Part shown: positions 9,837-19,085 of the stretch, one piece after another
Layout: the number at the start of each line of letters is the position of its first letter
Position numbering within the stretch: position 1 is the first letter of the stretch
The notes under the pieces: model-generated
Databases searched by the model: none
Seen by the model: the letters and a program-made list of their open reading frames with translations, nothing else
Told to the model about the DNA's origin: nothing
Program-made: the position numbers and the translations under genes
Assembly: GCA_048887225.1 (NCBI GenBank)
Contig: JBHLJY010000002.1
Location: forward strand, 224,001 to 288,000
Reading direction: 5' to 3'
Length of the DNA: 64,000 nucleotides
DNA from: Candidatus Hodarchaeota archaeon
GTDB lineage: Archaea > Asgardarchaeota > Lokiarchaeia > Sigyniarchaeales > SOKP01

Positions 9837-10391
9837 ATGAGTATTCGATTTAAGAAATTTTTAATGCGTGTTGGAAAAGAGAGTGAATTTAAACCCCTCA
9901 AAAACGCATTACTTAACTATTTAAAAAAAGATGCTGAAAACAAATATAAAAATTATCCGCGCCTTTTTGAAACCATGAAAGGATATTGGCCGGATTATCA
10001 ACATCGTTCTATGATTGCTAATCTTTTAAAAGATCATTACGAAGAAATATTTTATTTTTATTTAACTAAAATCTTTCCTTTTAGAAAAGGGGGGTTGTCA
10101 CTTGAAGATCCCGAAGCACCAACCACTGTTGATTTTAAATGTGTCTATAAATATCGCTATAATCAAAAGGAAATCGCTGTTGTTGAAGAAGTTATAAAAA
10201 AATTAAATATTCAGGATAATATGCAAGGCATTTTTAAGCGTATCCTTATTTTTGCTGTAAGTTCTCTTTCCCCTATGGTTGAGCAAATCTTCGAAAGGCC
10301 TTTTGCGTTTCAATTTGCTAATATTGACGCAAAAAAACTCAAAAATGGGGAATATGAAGTTGTAGCAGTAATTTCTGCGCGAGAGCAATAA
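9837..10391 (+). CDS. Hypothetical protein
   Basis: 184-aa ORF that fills the intergenic space; no recognised motif. Confidence 0.6.
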   Translation: MSIRFKKFLMRVGKESEFKPLKNALLNYLKKDAENKYKNYPRLFETMKGYWPDYQHRSMIANLLKDHYEEIFYFYLTKIFPFRKGGLSLEDPEAPTTVDFKCVYKYRYNQKEIAVVEEVIKKLNIQDNMQGIFKRILIFAVSSLSPMVEQIFERPFAFQFANIDAKKLKNGEYEVVAVISAREQ

Positions 10392-10428
10392 ATAATTATA
10401 ATCTTCTCTTTTAAAATATATATTTAAT

Positions 10429-11433
10429 TTACTCAATATTTTTAAGTAAATAATAAAGAAGCGCTTTAATTGTATATAACCGATTTTCAGCTTGATCATA
10501 AACAACTGAATGCTCCCCATCAATTACGGCATCATCTGCAACTATATTACGTCTGATGGGTAGACAATGCATAAAAATCGAATCTGATTTGGTAAAATTA
10601 AGATACTTTTTCTTAATGCGCCATTCATCACGATATGGTAATCTTAACGGTTTTTCATCCTTCGCATTTCCGTAATATTTTCTGGAACCCCAGCTTTTTA
10701 CGTAAACTACATCGGCATCACTAAAAGATTCCTTAATATCGTTTGAAATAGAAATTGTTCCACCCGATTTTTTTGCATTTAATCTAGCTATATTTATAAT
10801 CTCATCGTCAAGTTCGAAATTTTTTGGGTGTGCTAAAGTCACATCCATTCCGTATCTTGTGGTTATTAAAAGAGTTGAATTAGGAACACTTAAAGGTAAA
10901 GGTTTTGGGTGATAAGCCCATGATATAACTACTTTCTTACCTTTTGGGTCTTTTTTTTTTTCTTGAATTGTAAAAATATCTGTTAGAGCTTGAAGTGGAT
11001 GAAATTGGTCATCTTCAAAATTAATAATAGGAACAGGAGCCCATTTAGCAAACTTACGTAATATTCGATTTCCTTCTTTGTATATCCAATTTACAGAATT
11101 AGGAAATAATCTAATGCCTATTGCGTTATAATATCGTGCTAGTACTATTGCAGTATCTTTTACTGACTCTGATTTATAACCAATCCATGAATCTTTAATG
11201 CTATTGAATGTTGGTTGCATTCCTAACTGATAGGCTGCTACTTGTGTAGAATTTCTAGTTCTCGTCGAAGGATTATAAAAAAACATACATATAGATTTTC
11301 CAGCCAATGCATTACTATATTTATATGGATTCAGTTTTACATCTATAGTTAATTCTAATAGTTTATTTAGTTCTTCCTTATCCCAATCTTGCGTACTAAT
11401 GAAATCCTTCTTTTTCACTTGATTTGAAGACAT
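10429..11433 (-). CDS. Carbamoyltransferase, N-acetylornithine (ArgF')/YgeW-like
   Basis: STRTRNS, HPLQALTD, WAYHPKPLP, VYVKSW, HCLPIRRN, QAENR. Confidence 0.85.
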   Translation of the reverse strand: MSSNQVKKKDFISTQDWDKEELNKLLELTIDVKLNPYKYSNALAGKSICMFFYNPSTRTRNSTQVAAYQLGMQPTFNSIKDSWIGYKSESVKDTAIVLARYYNAIGIRLFPNSVNWIYKEGNRILRKFAKWAPVPIINFEDDQFHPLQALTDIFTIQEKKKDPKGKKVVISWAYHPKPLPLSVPNSTLLITTRYGMDVTLAHPKNFELDDEIINIARLNAKKSGGTISISNDIKESFSDADVVYVKSWGSRKYYGNAKDEKPLRLPYRDEWRIKKKYLNFTKSDSIFMHCLPIRRNIVADDAVIDGEHSVVYDQAENRLYTIKALLYYLLKNIE

Positions 11434-11592
11434 TAATTAACACTATTTCCTCGAATTTTTATTAAAACTCAATAAATTAATTTCTAACCATTTTTTTGAT
11501 GTAATTCTCAGATTAAACACACAAAATAAAAATAAAAATTAGAATTCTTTATTTAAGAATATTATGGTTTCTAAAGCTGAAAAAAGTAATTT

Positions 11593-12018
11593 TTATCTGC
11601 TTAAATATGAGCCTAAATCCATTAGCTCATCTTTTCGCTTAACTTGAATTTTACTTCTTATACCTTTTGCCAGTCTTTCTAAATAAACTATTACATCTAA
11701 AGGAATTCTTCTTGGAACTCCTCCTTGTTTTGAAATAATGGCTAATAAATAATCTATATTCTCTAATACTTCATGACTGACCAACTCGTTGATAACCTTT
11801 TGGTAAATTTGGGGTTCATTCGCTTTTATATTAATCAAATGATTATAGGCATCAGGCATTAATACAACTTTTAAGATATAATCAACTTTTTCCCAAAGAT
11901 TAGATATTCTTTCTTGAGAAGCTTGTATCTTTTTTTGTGCTTCCATAAGCGATCGTATTTTTTTCATTCGAATTTTATCTAATTCGTGTTGATCATCTTC
12001 TTTATGGTTTTGACTCAT
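11593..12018 (-). CDS. PDCD5-like dsDNA-binding protein
   Basis: ELDKIRMKKIRSL, ILKVVLMPDAYNHL..IK...P and a basic C-terminal KIQVKRK follow the archaeal PDCD5 pattern. Confidence 0.65.
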   Translation of the reverse strand: MSQNHKEDDQHELDKIRMKKIRSLMEAQKKIQASQERISNLWEKVDYILKVVLMPDAYNHLINIKANEPQIYQKVINELVSHEVLENIDYLLAIISKQGGVPRRIPLDVIVYLERLAKGIRSKIQVKRKDELMDLGSYLSR

Positions 12019-12040
12019 ATCTTTTTCCCACCTTAAATCA

Positions 12041-12961
12041 TTAGCTATTAACTATTTTTAAAGCAATTTCTAAAGCTCTTATCCCATCGTCTAATGTTAC
12101 AAGCGGCTTTTTATCATAGAGAAAATTTATAATTTCTCTCCTAAGAGGTTCATCGGCTCTTAAAGGAGTATACGATATTTCTTTATGTATTGGCCAATCT
12201 CCTTGTAGATCTATTCCCGTATTTATATCAATTTTTTGAGATATAAAATCTACTATTATTCCTCCTTTTTCTCCATTAACATACATTTTTCTAAATTTTG
12301 AAGGGGTTAGCCAATTAGATTCAATATGACCTATGGCATTTCCGAAATCTAATACTATGAACGCAGCATCAGCGTGAACATCATCTTTGTAACATTTTTT
12401 TACTCCTAAGGCATTTATATAGTTCTCTTTACCTAAAATCCGTTCTTGTAAATAAATATCGTGTATAGACAAATCTAATATAACTCCAATTTGCCAATCT
12501 CTTCTAGGATATAAACCAATGCGCCTTGATGTAATTGAAAGGATATCTCCAAGTTCAGGTAAATTTGTCATTAATTTTTCAAAAACTGGATTGTAAAGTT
12601 CTATAAAACCGGGCAATATACGGATACTACTTTCAAACTCCAAAAAAAGTGTTAAATCTTTTAGCTTTAATGCCATTGGTTTTTCCATTAAAATATCAAT
12701 TCCAGCAATCGCAAATTTTTTTGAAATACTAGGGATAAATTTAGGCGGTGTTACTATGCTAACAGCATCAATTTCTTCGTTTTTAATCAATTCATCTACG
12801 TTTGTATAGAGATTTATATTATCGTATTGCTTAATTACTTGATCTAATTTTGTGTTATCAACATCGCAAATACCTACTAAATTTGAAAGTTCATCAAAGA
12901 TTCTTATATGTGCCCGTCCAAACCAACCAGCACCAACTACCGCTGTGTTCTTTTTTTTCAT
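12041..12961 (-). CDS. Gfo/Idh/MocA oxidoreductase (nucleotide-sugar 3-dehydrogenase-like)
   Basis: VVGAGWFGRAH, DAVSIVTP, LMEKP, GVILDLSIHDI, SNWLTP, EPLRREI. Confidence 0.85.
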   Translation of the reverse strand: MKKKNTAVVGAGWFGRAHIRIFDELSNLVGICDVDNTKLDQVIKQYDNINLYTNVDELIKNEEIDAVSIVTPPKFIPSISKKFAIAGIDILMEKPMALKLKDLTLFLEFESSIRILPGFIELYNPVFEKLMTNLPELGDILSITSRRIGLYPRRDWQIGVILDLSIHDIYLQERILGKENYINALGVKKCYKDDVHADAAFIVLDFGNAIGHIESNWLTPSKFRKMYVNGEKGGIIVDFISQKIDINTGIDLQGDWPIHKEISYTPLRADEPLRREIINFLYDKKPLVTLDDGIRALEIALKIVNS

Positions 12962-13088
12962 TTAATTCTTTTCTTCTTTTAACTCAAATATTTTTATAGT
13001 TAAGAATAATGAACAATTAAAATAATAATTTTTTTAAGTTAATTGTATTTAGCTGAGAAACTAATTTAAATACGAAAAGAAAATTAGA

Positions 13089-13251
13089 TGGTCCCCTCCG
13101 CCGGATTTGAACCGGCGACATCCCGGTTACTGTAACGGCTGACGCATTGTCAATGGCTTTAAACCTCGATGCGCGATTTAATCTACAGCCGGATAAGCTC
13201 GATAAAATATATTATTACCGATGTGCTCTAACCAGTCTGAGCTAGGAGGGG
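13089..13251 (-). tRNA. tRNA-Tyr(GTA) with two introns (27/28: 13193-13222; 37/38: 13128-13182) and encoded CCA
   Basis: Acceptor CCCCTCC/GGAGGGG with A73 and CCA. D arm GCTC..GAGC. T arm GCCGG-TTCAAAT-CCGGC. Anticodon stem CCCGG/CCGGG forms after removing both introns. C1:G72 is typical of archaeal tRNA-Tyr. Confidence 0.92.
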
Positions 13252-13276
13252 GTTTTATAATTATCAAATTATTTAA

Positions 13277-13290
13277 TTTATATATTTTTT
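13277..13290 (-). promoter_or_regulatory. Putative BRE/TATA promoter of tRNA-Tyr
   Basis: Minus strand reads AAAAAA-TATATAAA about 26-33 nt upstream of the tRNA 5' end. Confidence 0.45.
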
Positions 13291-13463
13291 ACGATTTCAA
13301 ACAAGAGTTATTAAAGTATAGTGTTTATTCTTTTTTTAATAATTTAACCATTATAAAAACTTATTAATAAGCAAGAATTTTAATCTTTTTAATTGAAAAA
13401 CTTTTTAATAAATTAATTTATTAAATTTGTAAGAAAAATTTTTATTTAAGAGATGATTGAGAA

Positions 13464-13973
13464 TTGCGAGAAGAAAACGATTATACAGACGCAATTGAAA
13501 CATATAAAAATGATGATCATGTTATCCTTGAACCTTGGGGGCGAAGTATTGACCACTTACGATTAACAGTTATAGGTAAAAGGGGAACTCCATATGATGG
13601 AGGAAAATTCATTTTTGAGATTAAGTTCCCTGACAATTACCCGTTTGCTCCGCCTTATGCGTATGCGGTGACTCTTATGTGGCATCCTAATATTGATTCC
13701 AGTATTCCACCCGGTAAATTGAATATCTGCCTAGACTTAATTAATCCAGATCTCGTAGGAAAGGTTGATGCGTCAACAGGAGCTTCTGGATGGACACCAA
13801 GTAAAACATTAGTTAATATAATTGAAGCTCTTAAGGGGATGATGCATTACGAGCCGCCTTTCTTTAACCCGGCAGATCCATTAAACCACGAGGCTGGCGA
13901 AGAGTATTTTAGAAATCAAAAGAAATTTGAAGCTAAAGCAAAAAAGTGGACACAAAAATACGCAATGGATTAA
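13464..13973 (+). CDS. Ubiquitin-conjugating enzyme E2 (UBC fold)
   Basis: GTPYDGGKF, FPDNYPFAPP, WHPNI, catalytic ICLD, WTP, DPLNHEA. Confidence 0.93.
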   Translation: MREENDYTDAIETYKNDDHVILEPWGRSIDHLRLTVIGKRGTPYDGGKFIFEIKFPDNYPFAPPYAYAVTLMWHPNIDSSIPPGKLNICLDLINPDLVGKVDASTGASGWTPSKTLVNIIEALKGMMHYEPPFFNPADPLNHEAGEEYFRNQKKFEAKAKKWTQKYAMD

Positions 13974-14037
13974 GCTATTATTTACTTTTAAATTTCTTTT
14001 AAATAAGAATTATTTTTTAATTTAATCTTTTTTTTAA

Positions 14038-14649
14038 GTGCAAATGATTTCTTTTAAGTATAAAAAAGTAATTATATTTGACTTAGATGGCACGATCTCA
14101 AAATTAGCAGTTGATTGGGGGCATTTAAAAAGACTCTTAACAAAAAGATATAATGACTTTTATGGTGAAGACTGTGAATTTGTACATATTTCTGCGTGCC
14201 TTGATCAAGTTGTAGAAAAAGGCGATGAAGGTGAACTTGAGCGTTTTTTCAAAATATTGGAAGATTATGAGATAAAGAGTATTAAAAAAAACAAGTATAT
14301 TGAAGAATCTATATTTTTTATCAATAATTTAAGTAAATTTGAAGTGCCAAAAGAAATTAAATTAGCTGTCTTATCTTTAAATACTAGAAAGGCTATAATA
14401 GAATCATTAAAATTAGCAGGTATATTTGAAAAGATAGATTTTATAATAGGAAGGGAAGACGTTAGAAAATGGAAACCACATCCAGAAGGGCTCTTACTAA
14501 TAAAAGAACATTTCAACTTAAATAGCGAAGAAATGATATATTTTGGAGATCAAGAAAAAGATATTATGACTGGAAACAATGCTGGGATTAAAGCATATTT
14601 TATAGATGATTTAATTAATCTAGTAAACAAAAAAAGACAAAATCTGTAG
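14038..14649 (+). CDS. HAD-superfamily hydrolase (subfamily IA)
   Basis: IIFDLDGT, KPHPEGL, YFGD...DI.TG.NAG. Confidence 0.9.
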   Translation: MQMISFKYKKVIIFDLDGTISKLAVDWGHLKRLLTKRYNDFYGEDCEFVHISACLDQVVEKGDEGELERFFKILEDYEIKSIKKNKYIEESIFFINNLSKFEVPKEIKLAVLSLNTRKAIIESLKLAGIFEKIDFIIGREDVRKWKPHPEGLLLIKEHFNLNSEEMIYFGDQEKDIMTGNNAGIKAYFIDDLINLVNKKRQNL

Positions 14650-14675
14650 TTATTGAAGAAAGATACAAAAAATTA

Positions 14676-16256
14676 TTACATAAAAGTTATTATAACGTTA
14701 TATTTCTTAATTTCTGATTCTTCTTTTGCTTTTCCTAAAGGTGTCATGGAAATAACGTCATTACTTTTAATTTTAAGAGAAGTTAATTTAACTTTTGGAT
14801 CTTTCATTGAAGGGATGTAAGGGTTCCAATAAATTTCTTTACTCATAGGATTGGTAATCATCCATAATTCTGTCTCTAACTTATGTCCACTAATTTCCAT
14901 AGCTTCGAAGATATAGCCTATATCAGCATCAAAAGGTACTACAATTTGGAGGTTTTCTTCTCCCTCAATTTTACCACACGCAAGGCAATCTTCACGCTTT
15001 ATAATGTCTAAGGGATCAAATTGACCATAAACTCCATTATAATTAATATAAGGAGGATCCATTGGAGGACCAATATTTCTTCCCTTCGCTCGGAATAAGA
15101 GTTTTAACGCTTCTTGGGATTCTATACTAGAAATTATGGAACTAACCGTTTGGATTGCAGCAATTTTATTTCCTAATATGTTTTCCATTTCTTCGAATTT
15201 ATAATTAGTTCCAAACGTTTCTTTAATATTATTTTTCCATTCTTGAATTTCTTCTGGAGTCAAAGTTGCCATTTTTTCAGCAGACACATTCTCATTAAAT
15301 ACTCTCTCTCTCAGTTTTTCCAATTCATCTTGAGCGATTTCTTTTAATTTTAGCACATCGTCGTCGTTATTTAAGTCGGGCTTATGATTGTATTTTTTTT
15401 CAAATTCCACTTCTGCTTTGATAACACAATGATTTCGATTTCTTGGCAAACCCTTTAACGTACATGCTGCCACTAACTTGTCGTCTGCTGGAGGCACTGG
15501 AACTAAACATCTATAGCAAGGTGTTAGGTTCAATATATCGGGTCCATATTTCTCATCAAACTCAGCCTCAATTTTTTCTCTTATTTTAGCTTTGATAGGC
15601 TCTATTTGTTCTAGTCTTATTTTTTCTATTTCTTCTTCTAATTCTTCTATTTGTCTCTCAGCTACAAGATATTCGGGATATTTATCTTCTGTCATAGACC
15701 ATAGTTCTGACTCAACTAATTTCTCAATTTCAACTTCTCTGTTTTTGTATTGTAACTCCGAACCTTCAGGAATTATTATTTGGACATGACCTTCAAAGCC
15801 AACTGTACCTCCTTCAACTACGGGTTTTTTTAATCTCAAGCTGATCTTGTTCAAATCAAGCCTTGCGTTAAAATTATCTAAGGCCATAACAACAACATCA
15901 GCTTCTTCATAAACAGACATAGGCAATTTTTGAAGTTTTTCAAAATAATAATCAACTTGTAAAAAAGGATTCATTTCCTTTAATCTTTCAGCAGCAACTT
16001 CTGCCTTCGGTCGACCTTCATCTCCGGGTCTAAATAACATCTGTCGAGATAAATTTGAAGTTTCGATCGTGTCTAAATCAACCAAAATAAGCTTCTTGAT
16101 CCCCATTAATGCAAAGTCTTTTGCAATTTCGCAACCAAGCGCTCCAACACCTACGATCATTAAGCAACCTTTATTTAATATCTCTTGGTCCCACCCCTCA
16201 ATTAAAGTTTGACGGGCAAACATTCGACTTTTAAAAATCTCTTCTTTTTTCATCAT
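14676..16256 (-). CDS. Ubiquitin-like activating enzyme E1 (ThiF/UBA family, UBA3-like)
   Basis: FARQ, VGVGALGCE, DLDTIETSNLSRQMLF, ALDN..AR, GGTVGFEG, PCYRC, catalytic CTLKGLPR..HC, IAAIQTVSSII, CLAC, C-terminal extension. Confidence 0.9.
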   Translation of the reverse strand: MMKKEEIFKSRMFARQTLIEGWDQEILNKGCLMIVGVGALGCEIAKDFALMGIKKLILVDLDTIETSNLSRQMLFRPGDEGRPKAEVAAERLKEMNPFLQVDYYFEKLQKLPMSVYEEADVVVMALDNFNARLDLNKISLRLKKPVVEGGTVGFEGHVQIIIPEGSELQYKNREVEIEKLVESELWSMTEDKYPEYLVAERQIEELEEEIEKIRLEQIEPIKAKIREKIEAEFDEKYGPDILNLTPCYRCLVPVPPADDKLVAACTLKGLPRNRNHCVIKAEVEFEKKYNHKPDLNNDDDVLKLKEIAQDELEKLRERVFNENVSAEKMATLTPEEIQEWKNNIKETFGTNYKFEEMENILGNKIAAIQTVSSIISSIESQEALKLLFRAKGRNIGPPMDPPYINYNGVYGQFDPLDIIKREDCLACGKIEGEENLQIVVPFDADIGYIFEAMEISGHKLETELWMITNPMSKEIYWNPYIPSMKDPKVKLTSLKIKSNDVISMTPLGKAKEESEIKKYNVIITFM

Positions 16257-16331
16257 TTTTAGAATATTTTGATTTTTTATTAATATCTCATAATATTATT
16301 GATTTAAAAAATTCAGACTAATGAAATGCAT

Positions 16332-18863
16332 TCACTTCTCTTTTTTAGCAGCATCTTTAATCATTCTGGCAATTTCATCAAGATCTTTTCTATCCTCTGC
16401 TTTTTGTATTTCTTCTAGTTTTTTTGCTTCTTTTTTTTTTGCATTTTCCAATTCTGTTTGTAGTTCTTGTTTTATTTTTATCATTTTTGCCATACTCCTG
16501 CTAAATTCTTTTGCCTCTCTTTTTATTAATTGTTCCTTTTCTTTTCCTTCTAATGTTATCTTTTCTCTTCTAGTTTCAATTAATTCTTTAACATCATCAG
16601 CTAAATCACCAATCTCTCCAATTATACTTCTAATTCTTCGGTCTTCTTCTTGCCTTCTCAATTTTTCCAAGCTTACTTGATTTTCTAACTCTTCATGAAT
16701 TCTCCGTAATTCAAGTTCTTCTTTCTTAGTTCTTTCCTCTAAGAGCTTAGTATTATTAATTTCTGTTTCAATATAATGAATATGGTTTTTCCAACCCATT
16801 TCTATAAATTGGCTTATAGCTTTGTTGAAAATTTCATATGCTTTATCAAACTTACCGAACTTAGCAGATTTTTTCCCTTCATCTATCAATCCTAAAGCTT
16901 GTTGTTTTAATTCTTCAGCAAATTGCCTTCTCTCTTCAAATTCTTCAAGTTCAGTTCTTCTTCTTTTTTCTTCCTTTTCATATTCTTCTGATCTCCTCTT
17001 AAGTTCTTGTTGGAATGCAATATATTCTTGTTCTCTTTCAAATTTTGCTTGCTCTTCCAATTTTCTTTTTTCAAGGAACATTGCTTTTTCATGCTGGAGA
17101 TCTTGAATAAGTCTATTTATATTATTAATTTCGGGTTCCCATCCAATATTTTCCTCCAAAATATTTCTTGCTTGGATGTGCAACGAAATTACACTATCAA
17201 AATTTGGTTCTTTTCCTTTAAGATAATTTCCTGCTTCTTCTAGTAATGAATAAGCTACCTCTCTAGCACTCATTTGTGCTTGAATTAATTTATTTCTCTC
17301 CTCCTCGGCCATTTGTTGAGCAATTTTTTCCGCCCTTTGTTGTTGTTTTCGTTCTTCGATTATCACTTTTAACCTTTTTTCCTCTTCTAAACCTTCTTGT
17401 TCGTGCTGGAGTTCTACAATAGCTTTTTTTCTCTGGTCTATACTTGATATTGTTTCTTGAAGTGTTGGAATATAAGATTCCCATCCAGATCCCATATTAC
17501 TGAGTTTATCCAATGCTTTTTTATATTCATTTATAGCATTATCGTAATTAGATTGTTGGACCAATTTATCAGCCTCATTTAAAATTGCATAAAATTCTTC
17601 TTCTTTTTGGAATTCATCATGACGCTTCTGCTCAAATTCTCTTCTCCTTAATTCTGATTCCTGGGTAGATTCTACAAATTCTTCCTTTTGTTTTGTTTGG
17701 ATCATTTTTTGGAGTTTAGTTAATTCTACCTCTCTTCTTTTCCTAATTTCTTCAGCATGTATTTCTCTTTCTTTTCTTTCCTTAATATGATTCACGGATT
17801 TAATAATCGGTTGAGTATAATCGTCCCATCCTATAGAATTAAGAAGATTTATTGACTCTTCAAAATATTGTAAAGCTTTATCATATCTTTTTTCTCTTTC
17901 CAACCTTTTTGCTGTATCAATTAATTTAAAGGCTTTATTTTGGAGTTCTTCTTCTTTTTTCTTTTTTTGTTCAAATTCAATAAGTTTCTGCTTTTTAATA
18001 TCTATTTCAGATTGAGGGAATGGTTGTTCTGCTAAGAGTTTTTCACCTATAGACATCGTAGCTTGGTCTTGTTGAACTTGAATAGTTACATAACTTTCCT
18101 GTTCTATCCTAAGTTTATCAACAATTAGTTGAATATCTTGTGTTTGTTGAGTCCAACCCAAAGAATTTAATAACTCAATGGCTTTTTGATAATTTGTTAT
18201 TGCCTCATCGTATTTTTTATCTTTTTCATAGATTTTTGCCGTCTCGAGAAAATCAAAGGCTTTATTTTGCATCTCTTTTTCTTGTTTTTTCTTTTCTTCG
18301 TATACTTTCAGTGCCATAATTTTTTTATCTAAAATTGGTTGAGCAGTGATTTCACTTACTTGAGGTTGAACTTGAGCCTGAATATCTGCTTTAACTCCCT
18401 TTCGGCTTTCATAAATTTCAGCAAGCAGCACAATTTTCGATTTTAAGTTTTCCAATTGGATTTCGGACCATCCTGATTGAGTTAATAGTTTTATGGCTGA
18501 TAAATAATTTTGAATTGCATTATGGAGATTACCAGATTCTTCATGAGCTTTTGCCTCATCTAATAAAATAAATGCTTGATCTTGTAATTGGTCAAGTTGC
18601 GCTTTCTGAATCTGAGCCTGGGAGTATTCATATGCTTTTTGTTGTTTTAAGTAGTTATTTATTTCGGTTGCTCTGGTATAGATATCTTGAATCCTATGGG
18701 TTAAGTAACCACTTTGTTGGAGAAATTCAGCAGCCTTCTGATAATTCTCAATTGCTTTGTACCATTCTTTTTTTTCCTCAAAATTTTCGGCGTTATCCAA
18801 TAATTCAATTGCTTTTTGTGCTAACTCCTCTTTCGAGAGCTTCCTTTGCATAAAAATTAACAC
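16332..18863 (-). CDS. Large helical protein with 7 MIT/TPR-like units separated by charged coiled coils
   Basis: Repeated A-x-x-L-L-x-x-A...Y-x-x-A-I-x-x-Y-x-K-A-I-x-L-L-x-x-x-G-W units with E/K/R/Q-rich linkers. The start may be ATG at 18851. Confidence 0.75.
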   Translation of the reverse strand: MLIFMQRKLSKEELAQKAIELLDNAENFEEKKEWYKAIENYQKAAEFLQQSGYLTHRIQDIYTRATEINNYLKQQKAYEYSQAQIQKAQLDQLQDQAFILLDEAKAHEESGNLHNAIQNYLSAIKLLTQSGWSEIQLENLKSKIVLLAEIYESRKGVKADIQAQVQPQVSEITAQPILDKKIMALKVYEEKKKQEKEMQNKAFDFLETAKIYEKDKKYDEAITNYQKAIELLNSLGWTQQTQDIQLIVDKLRIEQESYVTIQVQQDQATMSIGEKLLAEQPFPQSEIDIKKQKLIEFEQKKKKEEELQNKAFKLIDTAKRLEREKRYDKALQYFEESINLLNSIGWDDYTQPIIKSVNHIKERKEREIHAEEIRKRREVELTKLQKMIQTKQKEEFVESTQESELRRREFEQKRHDEFQKEEEFYAILNEADKLVQQSNYDNAINEYKKALDKLSNMGSGWESYIPTLQETISSIDQRKKAIVELQHEQEGLEEEKRLKVIIEERKQQQRAEKIAQQMAEEERNKLIQAQMSAREVAYSLLEEAGNYLKGKEPNFDSVISLHIQARNILEENIGWEPEINNINRLIQDLQHEKAMFLEKRKLEEQAKFEREQEYIAFQQELKRRSEEYEKEEKRRRTELEEFEERRQFAEELKQQALGLIDEGKKSAKFGKFDKAYEIFNKAISQFIEMGWKNHIHYIETEINNTKLLEERTKKEELELRRIHEELENQVSLEKLRRQEEDRRIRSIIGEIGDLADDVKELIETRREKITLEGKEKEQLIKREAKEFSRSMAKMIKIKQELQTELENAKKKEAKKLEEIQKAEDRKDLDEIARMIKDAAKKEK

Positions 18864-19085
18864 TTTTAATGGTAATAATGTTAAAAAACAATAATGTTAT
18901 TATTTCAACTTTAGTAACAACTAGTATGTAATTAAAGTTTTTATATTGTTATAATTATTTTAATTAAAATTAAGATATTTTAGAGAAATTTTAAAAATAT
19001 CTCTTTTGAAGCAGTTGTAGTCGGAGATATTGAAGATAAATTAATAAAATAAATTAAAAAGCTAGCTAAACTTTAATGAGAAGAG

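Noticed and set aside
10951-10961. Homopolymer tracts (also 16431-16440) as phase-variation sites
   Set aside because: They are in-frame Lys/Glu codon runs, expected at this AT content.
13440-13463. Selenocysteine read-through of the in-frame TGA upstream of the E2
   Set aside because: No nearby upstream start codon or E2-like sequence, and no SECIS-like hairpin was recognised.
13464-18863. Complete ubiquitin operon
   Set aside because: No Ub/Ubl, RING or JAMM ORF is visible in the window.
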